A DNA stretch of 64,000 nucleotides from contig CAWGVS010000005.1 of NCBI GenBank assembly GCA_963826115.1, positions 1,024,001-1,088,000 of the forward strand, given 5' to 3'. Shown piece after piece: positions 19,257-28,961 of this stretch (the first letter of the stretch is position 1; every line of letters starts with the position of its first letter). The notes beneath the pieces were generated by a model. The model did no database searches and had not been told where the DNA came from. It worked only from the letters and a program-made list of their open reading frames with translations. Both the position numbers and the translations under genes were made by a program. Source of the DNA: an uncultured Candidatus Rokubacteria bacterium (lineage in GTDB: Bacteria > Methylomirabilota > Methylomirabilia > Rokubacteriales > DASRDR01).

Positions 19257-20135
19257 GTGACGGACTTCCTCCAGCTCCTGGCGGCCGGGATCTCGATCGG
19301 CGCCATCTACGCGATGTGTGCCATCGGGTTCGTCCTGCTCTGGCAAACGTCCAACACGATCAACTTCGCTCAGGGCGAGTTCGTGGTCCTGCCGGCGTTC
19401 GCCATGGTCCTCTTCTGGACGACGCTGCGGCTGCCGTTCGCGGTGGCCCTGGTCCTGACAGTGGTCGTGTCGGCCCTCCTCCTGGGCTTCGGCGTCCGGA
19501 CGCTCCTGGTCTCCCGCCTCCTCCAGGCCGGGGTCCTGCCGCTGGTCATCGCGACCATCGGCCTGAGCCTCCTCATCCGCTACTCCCTCCAGCAGTTCTG
19601 GACCCCGCTCGCCCTGCCCTTCCCTCCCCTGTTCTCGCGGGCCCCGATGCGGCTCGGCGGCGTGATCCTCGCGTGGGAGGAGATGATGAACGTGGCCTTC
19701 GCCGCGGCCATCATCGGCGCCCTGCAGCTTTTCATCGCCCGCACGAAGCTTGGCTGGGCGATGCAGGCCGTGGCCCAGAACCGGAACCTCGCCACGGTGC
19801 TCGGCATCGACGTCGGACGGCTCGTCACGATCACGTTCGTCCTCAATGCGACCCTGACGGCGCTGGCCGCGATCCTGATCGCCCCCGTGTACCTGGTGAA
19901 GTACGACATCGGGATCGGTCTCGGGCTCAAGGCGTTCTACGCGGCGATCATCGGGGGCTTCAACCAGATGCGAGGCGCGCTGCTCGGTGGCCTGCTCGTC
20001 GGCGTGGTGGAGACCCTCTCGGCCGCCTACATCTCCGGGCCGTTCCGCGACGCGGCGGTGCTGGTGATCCTGATCGGCGTGCTTCTCCTGAAACCCGAGG
20101 GCATCTGGGGCGTCAAGGAGGAATGGGCCTCGTGA
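19257..20135 (+). CDS. livH: LIV-type ABC permease (LivH-like)
   Basis: GAIYAMCAIGF...INFAQGEF, AAIIGG. Confidence 0.88.
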   Translation: MTDFLQLLAAGISIGAIYAMCAIGFVLLWQTSNTINFAQGEFVVLPAFAMVLFWTTLRLPFAVALVLTVVVSALLLGFGVRTLLVSRLLQAGVLPLVIATIGLSLLIRYSLQQFWTPLALPFPPLFSRAPMRLGGVILAWEEMMNVAFAAAIIGALQLFIARTKLGWAMQAVAQNRNLATVLGIDVGRLVTITFVLNATLTALAAILIAPVYLVKYDIGIGLGLKAFYAAIIGGFNQMRGALLGGLLVGVVETLSAAYISGPFRDAAVLVILIGVLLLKPEGIWGVKEEWAS

Positions 20136-20153
20136 TCGGCCCGGGGGCGACGC

Positions 20154-21131
20154 GTGCGGCGCCTCCTGCCGATCGCCATCCTGGCGATCCTCGCCCTCCT
20201 CCCGCTCGGGCTCGAGCAGTACAAGCTCTACGTGGCAAGCCTCACCCTCGTGTACCTCGTCATGGCCATCGGGCTGAATCTGACGCTCGGGTACGCCGGC
20301 CAGATCTCGCTGGCCCACGGCGCGTTCATGGCGCTCGGGGCTTACGCCGTCGCCATCCTCGGCCAGCGCGGTGTCCCGTTCGAGGTCGGGCTCCTGGTCG
20401 GCGTGGCGCTCGCCTTCGCCTCGGGGCTCGTCGTCGGCTTCCCCGCGCTCCAGGTCAAGCATCACTTCCTGGCGATGGTCACGCTCGGCTTCAACATCAT
20501 GGTGTTCCTGGTGCTCCGGAACTGGGAGTCGCTGACCGGGGGGTCCTTCGGGATCTCGGGCATCGCCCGCCCGGCCTGGGGCGCGCTGACCTTCCGCTCC
20601 GACCGCGCGTACTACCTCTACATGCTCGCCTGGGCGGCACTCGTGGTGGTCTCGGCGCACTGGATCCTCGGCTCCCGGTGGGGACGGGCGTTCCGCGCCA
20701 TCCGCGAGAACGAGATGCGGGCCGAGGCGCTCGGCGTCAGCCTGCGCAACTACAAGCTGATGGCCTTCGCCATCGGCGCCGCGTACGCCGGAATCGGCGG
20801 CGCGCTCTTCGCGCCGCTCCTCGGATACATCGACGCCGGCGCCTTCACCCTCGACCGCTCGATCCAGTTCCTGATGATGGTCGTCATGGGCGGGCTCGGC
20901 CGGTTCGAGGGCCCGTTCATCGGGGCCATTCTCGTGACGGTCCTGCCCGAGGTCCTCCGCGCCTCCGAGGGGCTCTACCTCGTGTTCTACGCGGTGGCGG
21001 TGATCCTGATGATGCTCTTCATGCCGAAGGGGCTCGTCGGGGTGTGGGACTGGATCGCCCGCCGGCGGGCGCCCGGCGACGCCACGACCCCCGCCGTTCC
21101 CCTACCGCCCGATCCCGCCCGGCCGACCTGA
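20154..21131 (+). CDS. livM: LIV-type ABC permease (LivM-like)
   Basis: GYAGQISLAHGAF, GRAFRAIRENE, VMGGLG. Confidence 0.88.
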   Translation: MRRLLPIAILAILALLPLGLEQYKLYVASLTLVYLVMAIGLNLTLGYAGQISLAHGAFMALGAYAVAILGQRGVPFEVGLLVGVALAFASGLVVGFPALQVKHHFLAMVTLGFNIMVFLVLRNWESLTGGSFGISGIARPAWGALTFRSDRAYYLYMLAWAALVVVSAHWILGSRWGRAFRAIRENEMRAEALGVSLRNYKLMAFAIGAAYAGIGGALFAPLLGYIDAGAFTLDRSIQFLMMVVMGGLGRFEGPFIGAILVTVLPEVLRASEGLYLVFYAVAVILMMLFMPKGLVGVWDWIARRRAPGDATTPAVPLPPDPARPT

Positions 21132-21139
21132 GCCGCGCG

Positions 21140-21877
21140 ATGCCGCTTCTCGAGATCGACGGGCTGTCCAAGCAGTTCTTCCGGCTCCCCGCCCTGAACC
21201 GGGTGAGCCTGACCGTGGAATCGGGCGAGCTCCTGGGGATCATCGGGCCCAATGGATCCGGCAAGACCACGCTGTTCAACTGCGTCACCGGGGTCCTCCG
21301 GCCATCCGGCGGCCACGTCCGCTTCAGGGGCGAGGACATCACCGGGTTGAGCGCCGACCGGGTGCATCGGCGCGGCATTGCCCGTACCTTCCAGCTGATC
21401 CAGCTGTTCCCGGAGATGACCGTGCACGAGAACATGCTCCTGGCCGCCCAGGAGCGCCACGGCAGCCTCCTCGGGCGGCTCGTCCGGCGCGAGGGCCCGG
21501 AGCCCGCCGGCCACGCGCTCCAGCTCCTCGAGTACCTGGGGATCGTCGACCTTCGGGACCGCCTGGCGTCGAACCTCTCGTACGGCCAGCAGAAGCTCCT
21601 CGACTTCGGCATGGCCCTCATGTCGCGGCCCGAGGTGATCCTCCTCGACGAGCCCCTGGCCGGCGTGAACCCGACCATGATCAACAAGCTGGTCGGTCAC
21701 ATCCAGGCCCTCAACGCGCAGGGACACACCTTCGTGGTGATCGAGCACAACATGGAGGTGGTCATGTCGCTCTGCCGACGGATCGTCGTGCTGAGCCAGG
21801 GCGAGCGCATCGCCGAGGGGACCCCTGGCGAGGTGGCGGACAACCCGCTGGTGCTCGACGCCTACTTCGGGAGGTGA
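21140..21877 (+). CDS. livG: LIV-type ABC ATP-binding protein (LivG-like)
   Basis: GPNGSGKT, ARTFQ, LSYGQQK, LLDEP. Confidence 0.9.
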   Translation: MPLLEIDGLSKQFFRLPALNRVSLTVESGELLGIIGPNGSGKTTLFNCVTGVLRPSGGHVRFRGEDITGLSADRVHRRGIARTFQLIQLFPEMTVHENMLLAAQERHGSLLGRLVRREGPEPAGHALQLLEYLGIVDLRDRLASNLSYGQQKLLDFGMALMSRPEVILLDEPLAGVNPTMINKLVGHIQALNAQGHTFVVIEHNMEVVMSLCRRIVVLSQGERIAEGTPGEVADNPLVLDAYFGR

Positions 21878-21880
21878 CGC

Positions 21881-22591
21881 GTGGCGCTCCTCGAGGTCGA
21901 CGACATCCACGCGGGGTACGGGAAGCTCGAGATCCTCCGGGGTGTGTCCCTGCGCGTGGAAACCGGCCAGGTGGTCTCGATCATCGGGCCGAACGGCGCC
22001 GGCAAGTCGACGGTCTTCAAGACGCTCTTCGGGCTCCTCCCCGTTCGTCAGGGATGCGTGCGCCTCGACGGCGAGGACGTCACGAACCGGCCGCCCGCGG
22101 AGCTGCTCCGTCGGGGCATGACCTACGTCCCCCAGGGGCGGAACGTGTTCCCCCTCATGACGGTCGACGAGAACCTGCGACTTGGCGCGTACATCCGGCC
22201 ACGGTCGGCCGAGCTGGATCGCGACGTCGAGCGCGTGTACGACACGTTCCCCATGCTCCGCGAGGCCCAACGGAAGCGCGCGGCCGAGCTGTCCGGCGGC
22301 CAGCAACAGATGCTGGAGATGGGGCGCGCCCTCCTCCTGCGGCCCCGGCTGATGCTTCTCGACGAGCCGACGCTCGGCCTGGCGCCCCTCGTGTTCCGCG
22401 AGATCTTCCGGATCATCGAGGACCTCCGCCGCGCCGGCCAGACGATCCTGATGGTGGAGCAGAACGCCGCCAAGGCCCTCGAGATCTCGGACTACGCCTA
22501 CGTGCTCGAGCTCGGGCAGAACCGCTTCGACGGGTCGGGCGAGGCCATCCGCAGCGACGAGCGGATCCGCCGCCTCTACCTGGGGCGCTGA
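21881..22591 (+). CDS. livF: LIV-type ABC ATP-binding protein (LivF-like)
   Basis: GPNGAGKS, LSGGQQQM, LLDEPTLGLAP, VEQN. Confidence 0.9.
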   Translation: MALLEVDDIHAGYGKLEILRGVSLRVETGQVVSIIGPNGAGKSTVFKTLFGLLPVRQGCVRLDGEDVTNRPPAELLRRGMTYVPQGRNVFPLMTVDENLRLGAYIRPRSAELDRDVERVYDTFPMLREAQRKRAAELSGGQQQMLEMGRALLLRPRLMLLDEPTLGLAPLVFREIFRIIEDLRRAGQTILMVEQNAAKALEISDYAYVLELGQNRFDGSGEAIRSDERIRRLYLGR

Positions 22592-22761
22592 GTCCGGCGC
22601 GCACCCACGCGGGACCGGCGGTCCCCCGCGCGACGCGTAGCCTCGGCCCCGTCCGGGTCGCCCGCCGCGGTGGACGACCTACTCGCGTCGACCGCACTTT
22701 CCGTCGGCGTCGCTTTCCCGAGCGAGGCGACGTTCGCCAGTCCGCGCCTTCCGGTGTCTCT

Positions 22762-23814
22762 TCAGCTCTCCGCGATCTCCACCAGGATCTCGGCCGCCTG
22801 CTCGCACTCCCGCCGCGACACGTCCAGGTGGGTGACGGTCCGGATCACGCGACTCCCGATCCCGAAGAGGAGCACGCCCCGCTCCCGGGCGCGCGCCGTG
22901 AAAGCGGGCGCGTCCGGGGCGCCGTCCGCCAGGCGGAAGACGATGATGTTCGTGTGCACGGCCCGAGGGTCGAGGACGACGCGCGGGCTCCGGGCCAGAC
23001 GCTCCGCGATCCGCCGGGCGTTCTCGTGATCCTCGGCGAGACGGTCCACGTTGTGATCGAGCGCGTACAGGCACGCCGCCGCGAGGATGCCGATCTGCCG
23101 CATCACGCCGCCCATCATCCGCCGATGGCGCATGGCACGCTGCACCTCGGCCCGCGTCCCCGCCAGGATGGATCCCGCCGGCGCTCCGAGGCCCTTGGAG
23201 AAGGCCACCGCGACCATGTCGAACGGGCGGGTGAGCTCGGTGACCGATCGGCCAGTGGCCGCCGCGGTGTTCCACAGCCGCGCGCCGTCCAGATACGTCG
23301 CGACGCCGTGCTCGCGCGCCGCGGCGCAGATCTCCTCGGCGTCCGCCTGCGGGAAGATCACGCCGCCCGCGCGGTTGTGGGTGTTCTCGATCTCGACGAG
23401 CGTCGTCGGCGGATACATGGGATGCCCCATCGGCCGCCGCGCGGCGAGGAAGTCGTCCCGCGTGAAGACCCCGCCCGCGCCCACCTCGGTGAGCTGGACG
23501 GAGGCGTTGGCGGCCGACCCGCCGGCCTCGTGCCAGCCGGCGTGGGCTTCGCGGCCGACGATGACGTCGTCGCCGGGACGCGTCAGCGTCCGAAGGGCCA
23601 CCTGGTTCGCCATCGTTCCGGTCGGCATCCAGATCGCCGCCTCCTTCCCGAGGAGCGCGGCGACCCGCTCCTGGAGGCGGTTCATCGTGGGGTCCTCGCC
23701 GTACTCGTCGTTGCCCACGGGCGCCGCGGCCATCGCGGCACGCATCGGGGACGAGGGAAGCGTGACGGTGTCGGAACGGAGGTCGATGGCGGCCTGGGCG
23801 GTCACGGCCGACAC
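22762..23814 (-). CDS. ltaE: Low-specificity L-threonine aldolase
   Basis: DLRSDTVT, PTGTMANQ, ENTHN, LDGARL, SKGLGAPAG (PLP lysine). Confidence 0.92.
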   Translation of the reverse strand: MSAVTAQAAIDLRSDTVTLPSSPMRAAMAAAPVGNDEYGEDPTMNRLQERVAALLGKEAAIWMPTGTMANQVALRTLTRPGDDVIVGREAHAGWHEAGGSAANASVQLTEVGAGGVFTRDDFLAARRPMGHPMYPPTTLVEIENTHNRAGGVIFPQADAEEICAAAREHGVATYLDGARLWNTAAATGRSVTELTRPFDMVAVAFSKGLGAPAGSILAGTRAEVQRAMRHRRMMGGVMRQIGILAAACLYALDHNVDRLAEDHENARRIAERLARSPRVVLDPRAVHTNIIVFRLADGAPDAPAFTARARERGVLLFGIGSRVIRTVTHLDVSRRECEQAAEILVEIAES

Positions 23815-23987
23815 GCCCGGCGAGGGTTCCGCGTGGTCTGGCTCAACTTCCCGGGAGCATAGCTCAGGCGCCGGCTGCCGCGCCAGGCATGCGGCCCTCT
23901 GGGATGCGTGCCCTTGTCAGCCCCGGACCTCTGCGCGAGAGTATGACCATCAGGAGAACGCACGCGACGTGGCAAGTACCGCCGTCC

Positions 23988-24003
23988 GGGCACTGATCCT
24001 GCA
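23988..24003 (+). promoter_or_regulatory. Sigma54-type -24/-12 promoter upstream of dedA-ligD block
   Basis: GGGCACTGATCCTGCA, GG-N10-GC spacing. Confidence 0.55.
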
Positions 24004-24027
24004 AGGTTTCCCCCGCGGGGACCTACG

Positions 24028-24639
24028 TTGCTTGGATCGCTCGACGTGTGGCTCCGCGACCACCTCTGGGCCGTGGTGTTTCTTGGGGCACTGGTCGACG
24101 CCGTCGGCATTCCGTTCCCGGGCCGCATCATGCTCATCACCGTCGGGTCCCTATCCGGCCGGGCGCTGGACGGCGCGGGCGCCTTCCTCGTCGTCGCGCT
24201 CGCGGTCGCCGGCACGGTGGCCGGGGACCATGTGTGGTACCTCCTCGGCAGGCTTCGAGGCCGGCGCCTGTTCGAGGCCTACTGCCGCGTCATGAGGCTG
24301 TCGAGAGCCCGAGGCGCGACGGCGGACCACCTCATCCGCCGCTACGGCGCGCTCGCCCTGATGGCCGCCCGCATCGCGGCCACGCTCCGCGTCGTGCTCA
24401 TCCCGCTGGCCGTCTCACGCGGCATGTCCTACGGGCGCTTCCTGGTCCTCGACACGGTCGGCGCCGCGCTGTGGGCGGCCGGCCTCGTCGCCCTTGGTCG
24501 GGTCGCGGCCGCGCTCGGCGCCGAGGGCGGGGTCGCCGGCACTCTTGCCGTCGTTGGCGCCCTCGCCGGGGCGAGCGTCGTGATGAGTCTCCTCGCCCAC
24601 CGCTGGCTCTCGGGCCGCGCCACCGCGTCGCGGGCATGA
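24028..24639 (+). CDS. DedA family membrane protein
   Basis: GIPFPG, AGDHVWYLLGR, RYG...ARI, GMSYGRFL. Confidence 0.85.
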   Translation: MLGSLDVWLRDHLWAVVFLGALVDAVGIPFPGRIMLITVGSLSGRALDGAGAFLVVALAVAGTVAGDHVWYLLGRLRGRRLFEAYCRVMRLSRARGATADHLIRRYGALALMAARIAATLRVVLIPLAVSRGMSYGRFLVLDTVGAALWAAGLVALGRVAAALGAEGGVAGTLAVVGALAGASVVMSLLAHRWLSGRATASRA

Positions 24640-24658
24640 CCGCCTGGCGTCGCCGATC

Positions 24659-25354
24659 GTGACGCGCCAGGCCACCTCTCCGCGGCGCCGGTCCGGCGGC
24701 CCGCTTGCCACGTACCACGCGAAACGGGACTTCCGCCGGACACCCGAGCCGCGGGGGGCGCGACCGCCCCGGAGGGCCGGGGCGAGCTTCGTCGTTCAGA
24801 AGCACGACGCCACGCGCCTGCACTACGACTTCCGTCTGGAGGTCGGTGGCGTCCTCAAGAGCTGGGCCGTGCCCAAAGGCCCGAGCCTGGACCCAGCGGA
24901 CAAGCGTCTCGCCATGCAGACCGAGGATCATCCCCTGGAGTACGGAGGCTTCGAGGGCGTGATCCCGGCGGGCGAATACGGCGGCGGGCCCGTGCTGCTC
25001 TGGGACCGCGGCACGTGGACGCCCGATGGGGACCCGGAGGCCGCCCTCCGGAAGGGCGTGCTGAAGTTCACGCTGTCCGGCAAGAAGCTCCACGGAGGCT
25101 GGGCCCTCGTCCGGCTGCGCGGTCGAGACCGGCGCGACGCTGCCGGGCGGACGTGGCTCCTCGTCAAGGAGCGGGACTCGGACGCGCGACCGGGCCGGTC
25201 GGCCAGCATCACCGACCGGCGCCCCGAGAGCGTCGCGAGCGGCCGCCGCATCGAGGACGTCGGCGCGGGACGCGATCGGGCCCGCCGCCCGAAACGCGCG
25301 GCGCCGGCCGCCTCTCGGAAGCGCGCCGCACGCCCGGGACCGCGCCCGACATGA
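24659..25354 (+). CDS. ligD: LigD 3'-phosphoesterase domain protein
   Basis: YHAKRDF, FVVQKHDATRLHYDFRLE, SWAVPKGP, TEDHPLEY. Confidence 0.92.
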   Translation: MTRQATSPRRRSGGPLATYHAKRDFRRTPEPRGARPPRRAGASFVVQKHDATRLHYDFRLEVGGVLKSWAVPKGPSLDPADKRLAMQTEDHPLEYGGFEGVIPAGEYGGGPVLLWDRGTWTPDGDPEAALRKGVLKFTLSGKKLHGGWALVRLRGRDRRDAAGRTWLLVKERDSDARPGRSASITDRRPESVASGRRIEDVGAGRDRARRPKRAAPAASRKRAARPGPRPT

Positions 25355-26349
25355 CCTCCGGCGGCAAGACCGCGCCCCTCCCCAGGTTCATCGCGCCCCA
25401 GCTGGCGACCCTCGTCGCCGCGCCTCCCTCGGGGGAGGAGTGGTTCCACGAGACGAAGTTCGACGGCTACCGGATCCTGTGCCGGATCGACCGAGGGCGC
25501 GCCACGCTCTGGAGCCGGAACGCGAAGGACTGGACCACCCGTTTCCCCGAGGTGGCCGAGGCGGCGGCCGGTCTGCCCGTGCGCCAGGCGTACCTCGACG
25601 GCGAGATCGCCATGCTCCTGCCGAACGGGACGACCAGCTTCCAGTCGCTCCAGAACTCCACGTCCGCCGGCGCCGCGGGCCAGGTCGTGTACTTCGTCTT
25701 CGATCTTCTCCACCTCGACGGGCAGGACCTGGCCGGCGCCTCGCTCGCGGCGCGGAAGGCCGCGCTGAAGCGGCTCGTCGGCCGCCGACGCAACGGCGCC
25801 CTCCGCTACAGCGATCACGTCACAGGCCAGGGCGACGCGTTCTTCCGGCAGGCGTGCCGGCGGTCCCTCGAGGGGATCGTGTCGAAGCGCCGCGACGCGC
25901 CCTACGAGTCTGGACGGGGACGCAGTTGGCTCAAGGTCAAGTGCGTTCAGGAGCAGGAGTTCGTCATCGCTGGCTTCACCGAGCCCCAGGGCTCGCGCGC
26001 CGGTCTCGGCGCGCTCCTGGTCGGCGTCCACGACGGGAGCGGCAGTCTCGCGTACGCGGGCCGGGTCGGAACCGGCTTCACGGAGGCTTCGGCGCGCAGC
26101 CTCCGCGAGCGGCTCGACCGCCTGCGCGTTCCGCGCTCGCCGTTCCGCGACCGAGTACCGGGGGCCGCGGCCGCCCTCTGGGTCAAGCCGGTCCTCGTCG
26201 GCGAGGTCGCGTTCACCGAGTGGACCGCGGACGGGCGGCTCCGTCATCCCGCGTTCAAGGGGCTCCGGGAGGACAAGCCCGCCGCCGACGTCGTGCGCGA
26301 GCGGCCGGCCTCGACGGGGCGAGCGCTCCGCGAGCGGCGGTCTCGTTGA
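25351..26349 (+). CDS. ligD: LigD ATP-dependent DNA ligase domain protein
   Basis: ATGA overlap; ETKFDGYR, LDGEI, FDLL, EGIVSK, WLKVK, GRVGTG. Confidence 0.92.
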   Translation: MTSGGKTAPLPRFIAPQLATLVAAPPSGEEWFHETKFDGYRILCRIDRGRATLWSRNAKDWTTRFPEVAEAAAGLPVRQAYLDGEIAMLLPNGTTSFQSLQNSTSAGAAGQVVYFVFDLLHLDGQDLAGASLAARKAALKRLVGRRRNGALRYSDHVTGQGDAFFRQACRRSLEGIVSKRRDAPYESGRGRSWLKVKCVQEQEFVIAGFTEPQGSRAGLGALLVGVHDGSGSLAYAGRVGTGFTEASARSLRERLDRLRVPRSPFRDRVPGAAAALWVKPVLVGEVAFTEWTADGRLRHPAFKGLREDKPAADVVRERPASTGRALRERRSR

Positions 26350-27323
26350 GTCCCGGACGGAGACGGGCTGCCTCGGGAAAGACCCGGGAGCCGGCTGATA
26401 CCCAGGCGGTCGCCGGCGTCCCGATCACGCACCCGGACCGCGTCGTCTATCCGGAGGACGGGATCACGAAAATTCGCCTTGCGCGCTACTACGAGGCGGT
26501 GGCCCAGCGCCTCCTGCCCCATCTCGGGCCGCGTCCGGCCGTGCTGGTGCGCTGCCCGGACGGCATCGCCCATCCGTGCTTCTACCAGAAGCACGCGGGT
26601 CCCTGGACCCCGCGGTCGCTTCGCAGGGTCAGGATCCGAGAGAAGACGAAGACCGGCCAGTATCTAGTCGTCGAGGACGTGATCGGCCTGGTCGGGCTGG
26701 TCCAGATGGGCGCCATCGAGTTCCACACCTGGAACGCCGCCGCCGACCGGCTCGAGGCGCCCGATCGCCTCGTGTTCGACCTCGACCCGGGCCCCGACGT
26801 GCCCTGGTCGGCGGTGGTGGCCGCGGCGCGGCTCGTGCGAGCCGCCCTCGAGGCCCGCGGCCTCGCGAGCTTCGTGAAGACCACCGGCGGCAAGGGGCTC
26901 CACGTCGTCGCCCCGATCGAGCCCGCCCCCGGCTGGGACGCGTGCGTCGCCTTCGCGAGCGACGTCGCGGAGGCGCTGGTGGCCGAGGCGCCGCACGCCT
27001 TCACGACCACGATGGCCAAGGCCGCCCGACCCGGAAAGATCTTCATCGACTACTTCCGGAATCAGCGGGGTGCCACCTCGGTAGCGGCCTACTCGACCCG
27101 CGCGCGGCCCGGTGCGCCGGTCTCGACGCCCGTCAGCTGGGAGGAGCTCGCCAAGGTCCGCTCCGGAAGCCACTTCGCCATCGATACCGTCGAGCGCCGA
27201 CTCGCCAAGCTCCCCCGCGATTCGTGGGCGGGTTACGGACGTCTCGCGCAGAAGCTCCCGGCGGCCCGCTTGCGAGCCCGTCGAGCTTTACCGTCGTCAC
27301 CGCGCGACCGAACGTCGCGCTGA
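26346..27323 (+). CDS. ligD: LigD polymerase (PrimPol) domain protein
   Basis: TTGA overlap; THPDRV, RCPDG, FYQKH, FDLDP, KTTGGKGLH, FIDY. Confidence 0.9.
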   Translation: MSPGRRRAASGKTREPADTQAVAGVPITHPDRVVYPEDGITKIRLARYYEAVAQRLLPHLGPRPAVLVRCPDGIAHPCFYQKHAGPWTPRSLRRVRIREKTKTGQYLVVEDVIGLVGLVQMGAIEFHTWNAAADRLEAPDRLVFDLDPGPDVPWSAVVAAARLVRAALEARGLASFVKTTGGKGLHVVAPIEPAPGWDACVAFASDVAEALVAEAPHAFTTTMAKAARPGKIFIDYFRNQRGATSVAAYSTRARPGAPVSTPVSWEELAKVRSGSHFAIDTVERRLAKLPRDSWAGYGRLAQKLPAARLRARRALPSSPRDRTSR

Positions 27324-27399
27324 CGACACCCTGACGCGTCCAACCGTCTCGATTCGGCCCGTCGTCAGCTTCTCACCGCGCGCTCTGTCAAGTCGCCAC

Positions 27400-27415
27400 A
27401 GGCAACGCGCTTGCA
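27400..27415 (+). promoter_or_regulatory. Sigma54-type -24/-12 promoter
   Basis: AGGCAACGCGCTTGCA, GG-N10-GC with TTGC. Confidence 0.62.
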
Positions 27416-27490
27416 CGGAAATCGAGAGGGGAGCGCCACGCCGACGAGATCGACCGGTGCTCGGCTCTCTCGTCACCGAACGGAGGATCG

Positions 27491-27667
27491 ATGGCCAGGT
27501 ACAGCCGGGGCGCGGGCGAGGCCGTGAAGTCCGCCATGCGCCGTCGCAAGAAGCGCACGCTGCGAAGCGGCAGCGGGAAACGGGTCACGAGCCGAAAGCA
27601 GGCCATCGCGATCGGCCTGTCCGAGGCGCGCGAGAAGGGCGCCCGCGTCCCGAGACGGTCGAAGTGA
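27491..27667 (+). CDS. Small basic protein, DUF6496-like (58 aa, absent from ORF track)
   Basis: RBS GGAGG; MARYSRGAGEAVKSAMRRRKKRTLRSGSGKRVTSRKQAIAIGLSEAREKGARVPRRSK. Confidence 0.85.
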   Translation: MARYSRGAGEAVKSAMRRRKKRTLRSGSGKRVTSRKQAIAIGLSEAREKGARVPRRSK

Positions 27668-28950
27668 ACGTCCGTCTCCGCAGCACCGACCCCGGGCGCG
27701 CGCGCCGCCCCAGGGCCGCGGCGCTGGTGCTGCTCCTGGCCCTCGGAGCGGGCTCCTGCTCGAACGTGCCGGTTCACCGCACGCTCCCCGCGATGAACCT
27801 CGGAGAGCCCGCGTTCTTCCCCACCCTGGAGGCGCACGCGCAGGCGCCCATCGTCGGGGGCAACCGCCTGACGCTCCTGCTGAACGGCGACCAGATCTAC
27901 CCGGCGATTCTGGAGGCCATCCGAGGCGCCAAGTCGAGCATCACCTATGCCCAGTACAGCTACGAGGACGGCCCGATCTCGCGGGACCTCGCCGAGGCCA
28001 TCGCCGCGCGCTGCCAGAGCGGCGTCAGGGCCCACGTCCTCCTCGACAGCGTGGGGACGCTCCCCATGCCGCGCGAGTACGGCGAGCTGATGTCCAAGGC
28101 TGGCTGCGAGGTGGTCGCATTCCGGCCGATCGGGCCCTTCGGCCTCCGGCGCGCGAACAACCGCAACCACCGGAGGATCCTCGTGGTCGACGGGCGGATC
28201 GGCTTCACCGGCGGCTCCGGCGTCAGCGAGAAGTGGATGGGGAATGGCCGCCAGCCCGATCACTGGCGGGACACGGACGTCCAGATCGAGGGACCGGTGG
28301 TGGAGTACCTCCAGGGCGCGTTCGCGGAGAACTGGGTCGAGGCCACCGGGACGGTCCTTGGCGGGGCTGACTACTTCCCCGCCCCCACGGGCGCCAAGGG
28401 CCGGACGTACGCGCAGATCATCCGGAGCGGACCGACGGGCGGAAGCTACGCGATGTACACGACGTTCCTGCTGGCCATCTCGTCGGCTCGCCGCTCCATC
28501 AAGGTCACGAACCCGTACGTGCTGCTCGACGATCAGATGATCGAGACCCTGGTCCAGGCCGCGCGGCGCGGCGTCCGCATCAGCTTCCTGGTGCCTGGCG
28601 TGACGGACCATCCGCTCGTGCGCCACGCGGGGCGGAGGCAGTTCGGCCGGCTCCTCGAGGCGGGCATCGAGATCCACGAGTACACGGCCGCCATGCTCCA
28701 CGCCAAGACGATCATCATCGACGGCATCTGGGCGACGATCGGCAGCACGAACCTCGACTACCGCTCATTCCGGCTGAACGACGAGCTGAACGTCGTCGCC
28801 TACGACACCACGTTCGCCGCCCAGCTCGACCGGGTGTTCGAGGAGGATCTCCGCTACGCTCAGCGCATCGACCTCGAGGCCTGGCGCGACCGCAGCGTCC
28901 GGGGTCGCATGTTCGAGCTGCTGGCGATCCCGCTCGAGAGCAACCTCTGA
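27664..28950 (+). CDS. cls: Cardiolipin synthase-like phospholipase D family protein
   Basis: GTGA overlap; RNHRRILVVDG and LHAKTIIIDG...GSTNLD motifs; lipobox-like LGAGSC. Confidence 0.85.
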   Translation: MNVRLRSTDPGRARRPRAAALVLLLALGAGSCSNVPVHRTLPAMNLGEPAFFPTLEAHAQAPIVGGNRLTLLLNGDQIYPAILEAIRGAKSSITYAQYSYEDGPISRDLAEAIAARCQSGVRAHVLLDSVGTLPMPREYGELMSKAGCEVVAFRPIGPFGLRRANNRNHRRILVVDGRIGFTGGSGVSEKWMGNGRQPDHWRDTDVQIEGPVVEYLQGAFAENWVEATGTVLGGADYFPAPTGAKGRTYAQIIRSGPTGGSYAMYTTFLLAISSARRSIKVTNPYVLLDDQMIETLVQAARRGVRISFLVPGVTDHPLVRHAGRRQFGRLLEAGIEIHEYTAAMLHAKTIIIDGIWATIGSTNLDYRSFRLNDELNVVAYDTTFAAQLDRVFEEDLRYAQRIDLEAWRDRSVRGRMFELLAIPLESNL

Positions 28951-28961
28951 GCGGGACCCGG

